Shown: one piece after another, positions 63,010-64,000 of the stretch
How positions within the stretch are numbered: position 1 is the first letter of the stretch
Layout of the letters: each line of letters begins with the position of its first letter
Assembly: GCA_900544725.1 (NCBI GenBank)
Contig: UQWK01000001.1
Location: forward strand, 15,066 to 79,065
Direction of reading: 5' to 3'
DNA: 64,000 bases
From: an uncultured Collinsella sp.
GTDB lineage: Bacteria > Actinomycetota > Coriobacteriia > Coriobacteriales > Coriobacteriaceae
Notes under the pieces: model-generated
Told to the model about the DNA's origin: nothing
What the model saw: only the letters and a program-made list of their open reading frames with translations
Databases searched by the model: none
Translations under genes and position numbers: made by a program

Positions 63010-64000
63010 ATGGACGCTAAGTTTACCGAGCTCGTCGAGCAGCTGAACGGCCTCGATTTTAAGGGTATGTACGGCAGCGACTTCCTGCACACCTGGGATA
63101 AGACCACCGATGAGCTCAAGGCTCTCTACATCGTCGCCGACGCCCTGCGCGAGCTGCGCGAGAACAACGTTTCGTCCAAGATTTTCGACTCTGGTCTGGC
63201 CGTCTCCCTGTTCCGCGACAATTCCACCCGCACGCGCTTCTCCTTCTCTAAGGCCGCCAACCTGCTCGGCCTTGAGCTGCAGGACCTGGACGAGAAGAAG
63301 TCCCAGATCGCTCACGGCGAGACTGTCCGCGAGACCGCTACCATGATCTCCTTCATGGCCGACGTCATCGGCATCCGCGACGACATGTACATCGGCAAGG
63401 GCGACGCCTACATGGCCGAGGTCTCCGAGTCTGTCCAGCAGGCTTACGAGGACGGCGTTTTGGATCACCGTCCCACGCTCATCTCCCTGCAGTCCGATTC
63501 CGATCACCCCACGCAGTCCTCTGCCGACATGCTCTACCTCATCAACGAGTTTGGCGGCCTCGAGAACCTCAAGGGCAAGAAGGTTGCCGTCACCTGGGCC
63601 TATTCGCCCTCTTACGGCAAGCCGCTGTCCTGCCCGCAGTCGCTGATCAGCCTTCTGCCCCGCTTTGGCATGGACGTCACCCTGGCCCACCCCGAGGGCT
63701 ACGACCTCATGCCCGAGGTCGTTGAGCGCGCCAAGGGCTATGCCGCCGAGTCCGGCACCACCTTTAAGCAGGTCAACACCATGGCCGAGGCCTTCGAGGG
63801 CGCCGACATCGTGATCCCCAAGAGCTGGGCTCCGTTTGCCGCCATGGAGAAGCGTACCAACCTGTACGCCGAGGGCGACGACGCCGGCATCGCTGCGCTC
63901 GAGAAGGAGCTACTCGCCCAGAACGCTACGCATCAGGATTGGTGCTCCACGACCGAGCTCATGGAGAAGACCGCCAACGGCCAGGACACCATCTTTATGC
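63010..64000 (+). CDS. ygeW: YgeW-like carbamoyltransferase (knotted OTC/ATC-family transcarbamylase), 5-prime portion; continues beyond window
   Basis: STRTR carbamoyl-phosphate-binding motif (DNSTRTRFSF); RBS ggaaagga; ORF open to window end. Confidence 0.8.
   Translation, partial: MDAKFTELVEQLNGLDFKGMYGSDFLHTWDKTTDELKALYIVADALRELRENNVSSKIFDSGLAVSLFRDNSTRTRFSFSKAANLLGLELQDLDEKKSQIAHGETVRETATMISFMADVIGIRDDMYIGKGDAYMAEVSESVQQAYEDGVLDHRPTLISLQSDSDHPTQSSADMLYLINEFGGLENLKGKKVAVTWAYSPSYGKPLSCPQSLISLLPRFGMDVTLAHPEGYDLMPEVVERAKGYAAESGTTFKQVNTMAEAFEGADIVIPKSWAPFAAMEKRTNLYAEGDDAGIAALEKELLAQNATHQDWCSTTELMEKTANGQDTIFM

Overview
High-GC (about 60-65%) bacterial chromosomal segment, most consistent with an Actinobacteria/Coriobacteriia-like genome. 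Its backbone is the ribosomal-protein / RNA-polymerase region: rplJ-rplL, rpoB-rpoC, rpsL-rpsG-fusA, then rpsJ and rplC-rplD-rplW-rplB-rpsS-rplV-rpsC-rplP-rpmC-rpsQ-rplN-rplX. The backbone is interrupted several times. (i) galU sits between rplL and rpoB. (ii) A lower-GC ECF sigma / anti-sigma cassette sits between rpoC and rpsL; it is flanked by two copies of a palindromic repeat element and by a pair of 25-nt hairpins. (iii) tuf is absent after fusA. (iv) A ~14-kb block lies between rpsJ and rplC. It carries birA (opposite strand), a complete FASII cluster in streptococcal/clostridial gene order (fabH-acpP-fabK-fabD-fabG-fabF-accB-fabZ-accC-accDA), an orphan PTS EIIC-like permease, a CDF transporter and a histidine phosphatase. 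(v) The operon stops with a terminator after rplX; no rplE..secY follows. Downstream are a Gfo/Idh/MocA oxidoreductase plus DeoR regulator module, rluA, a U32 peptidase and ridA. After that comes an E. coli ygeW-xdhD-type selenium-dependent molybdenum-hydroxylase neighbourhood (NCS2 permease, ssnA, ygfK, ferredoxin, xdhD, then dpaL, ygeY, ygeW) with two YheO-like regulators. That neighbourhood is split by a ~4.6-kb island (AAA+ ATPase, DEDDh exonuclease, unknown ORFs) bounded by tandem-repeat arrays. Two non-coding families stand out. First, five copies of a 125-180 bp palindromic element with a conserved ~70-bp core and copy-specific, internally perfectly complementary arms, with compensatory base changes in the central stem. 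Second, a family of small hairpins sharing the loop GGGACAG-NN-TTA, including a tandem array of five downstream of rplX and the two 25-nt hairpins bracketing the ECF cassette. No rRNA, tRNA or CRISPR array was recognised.
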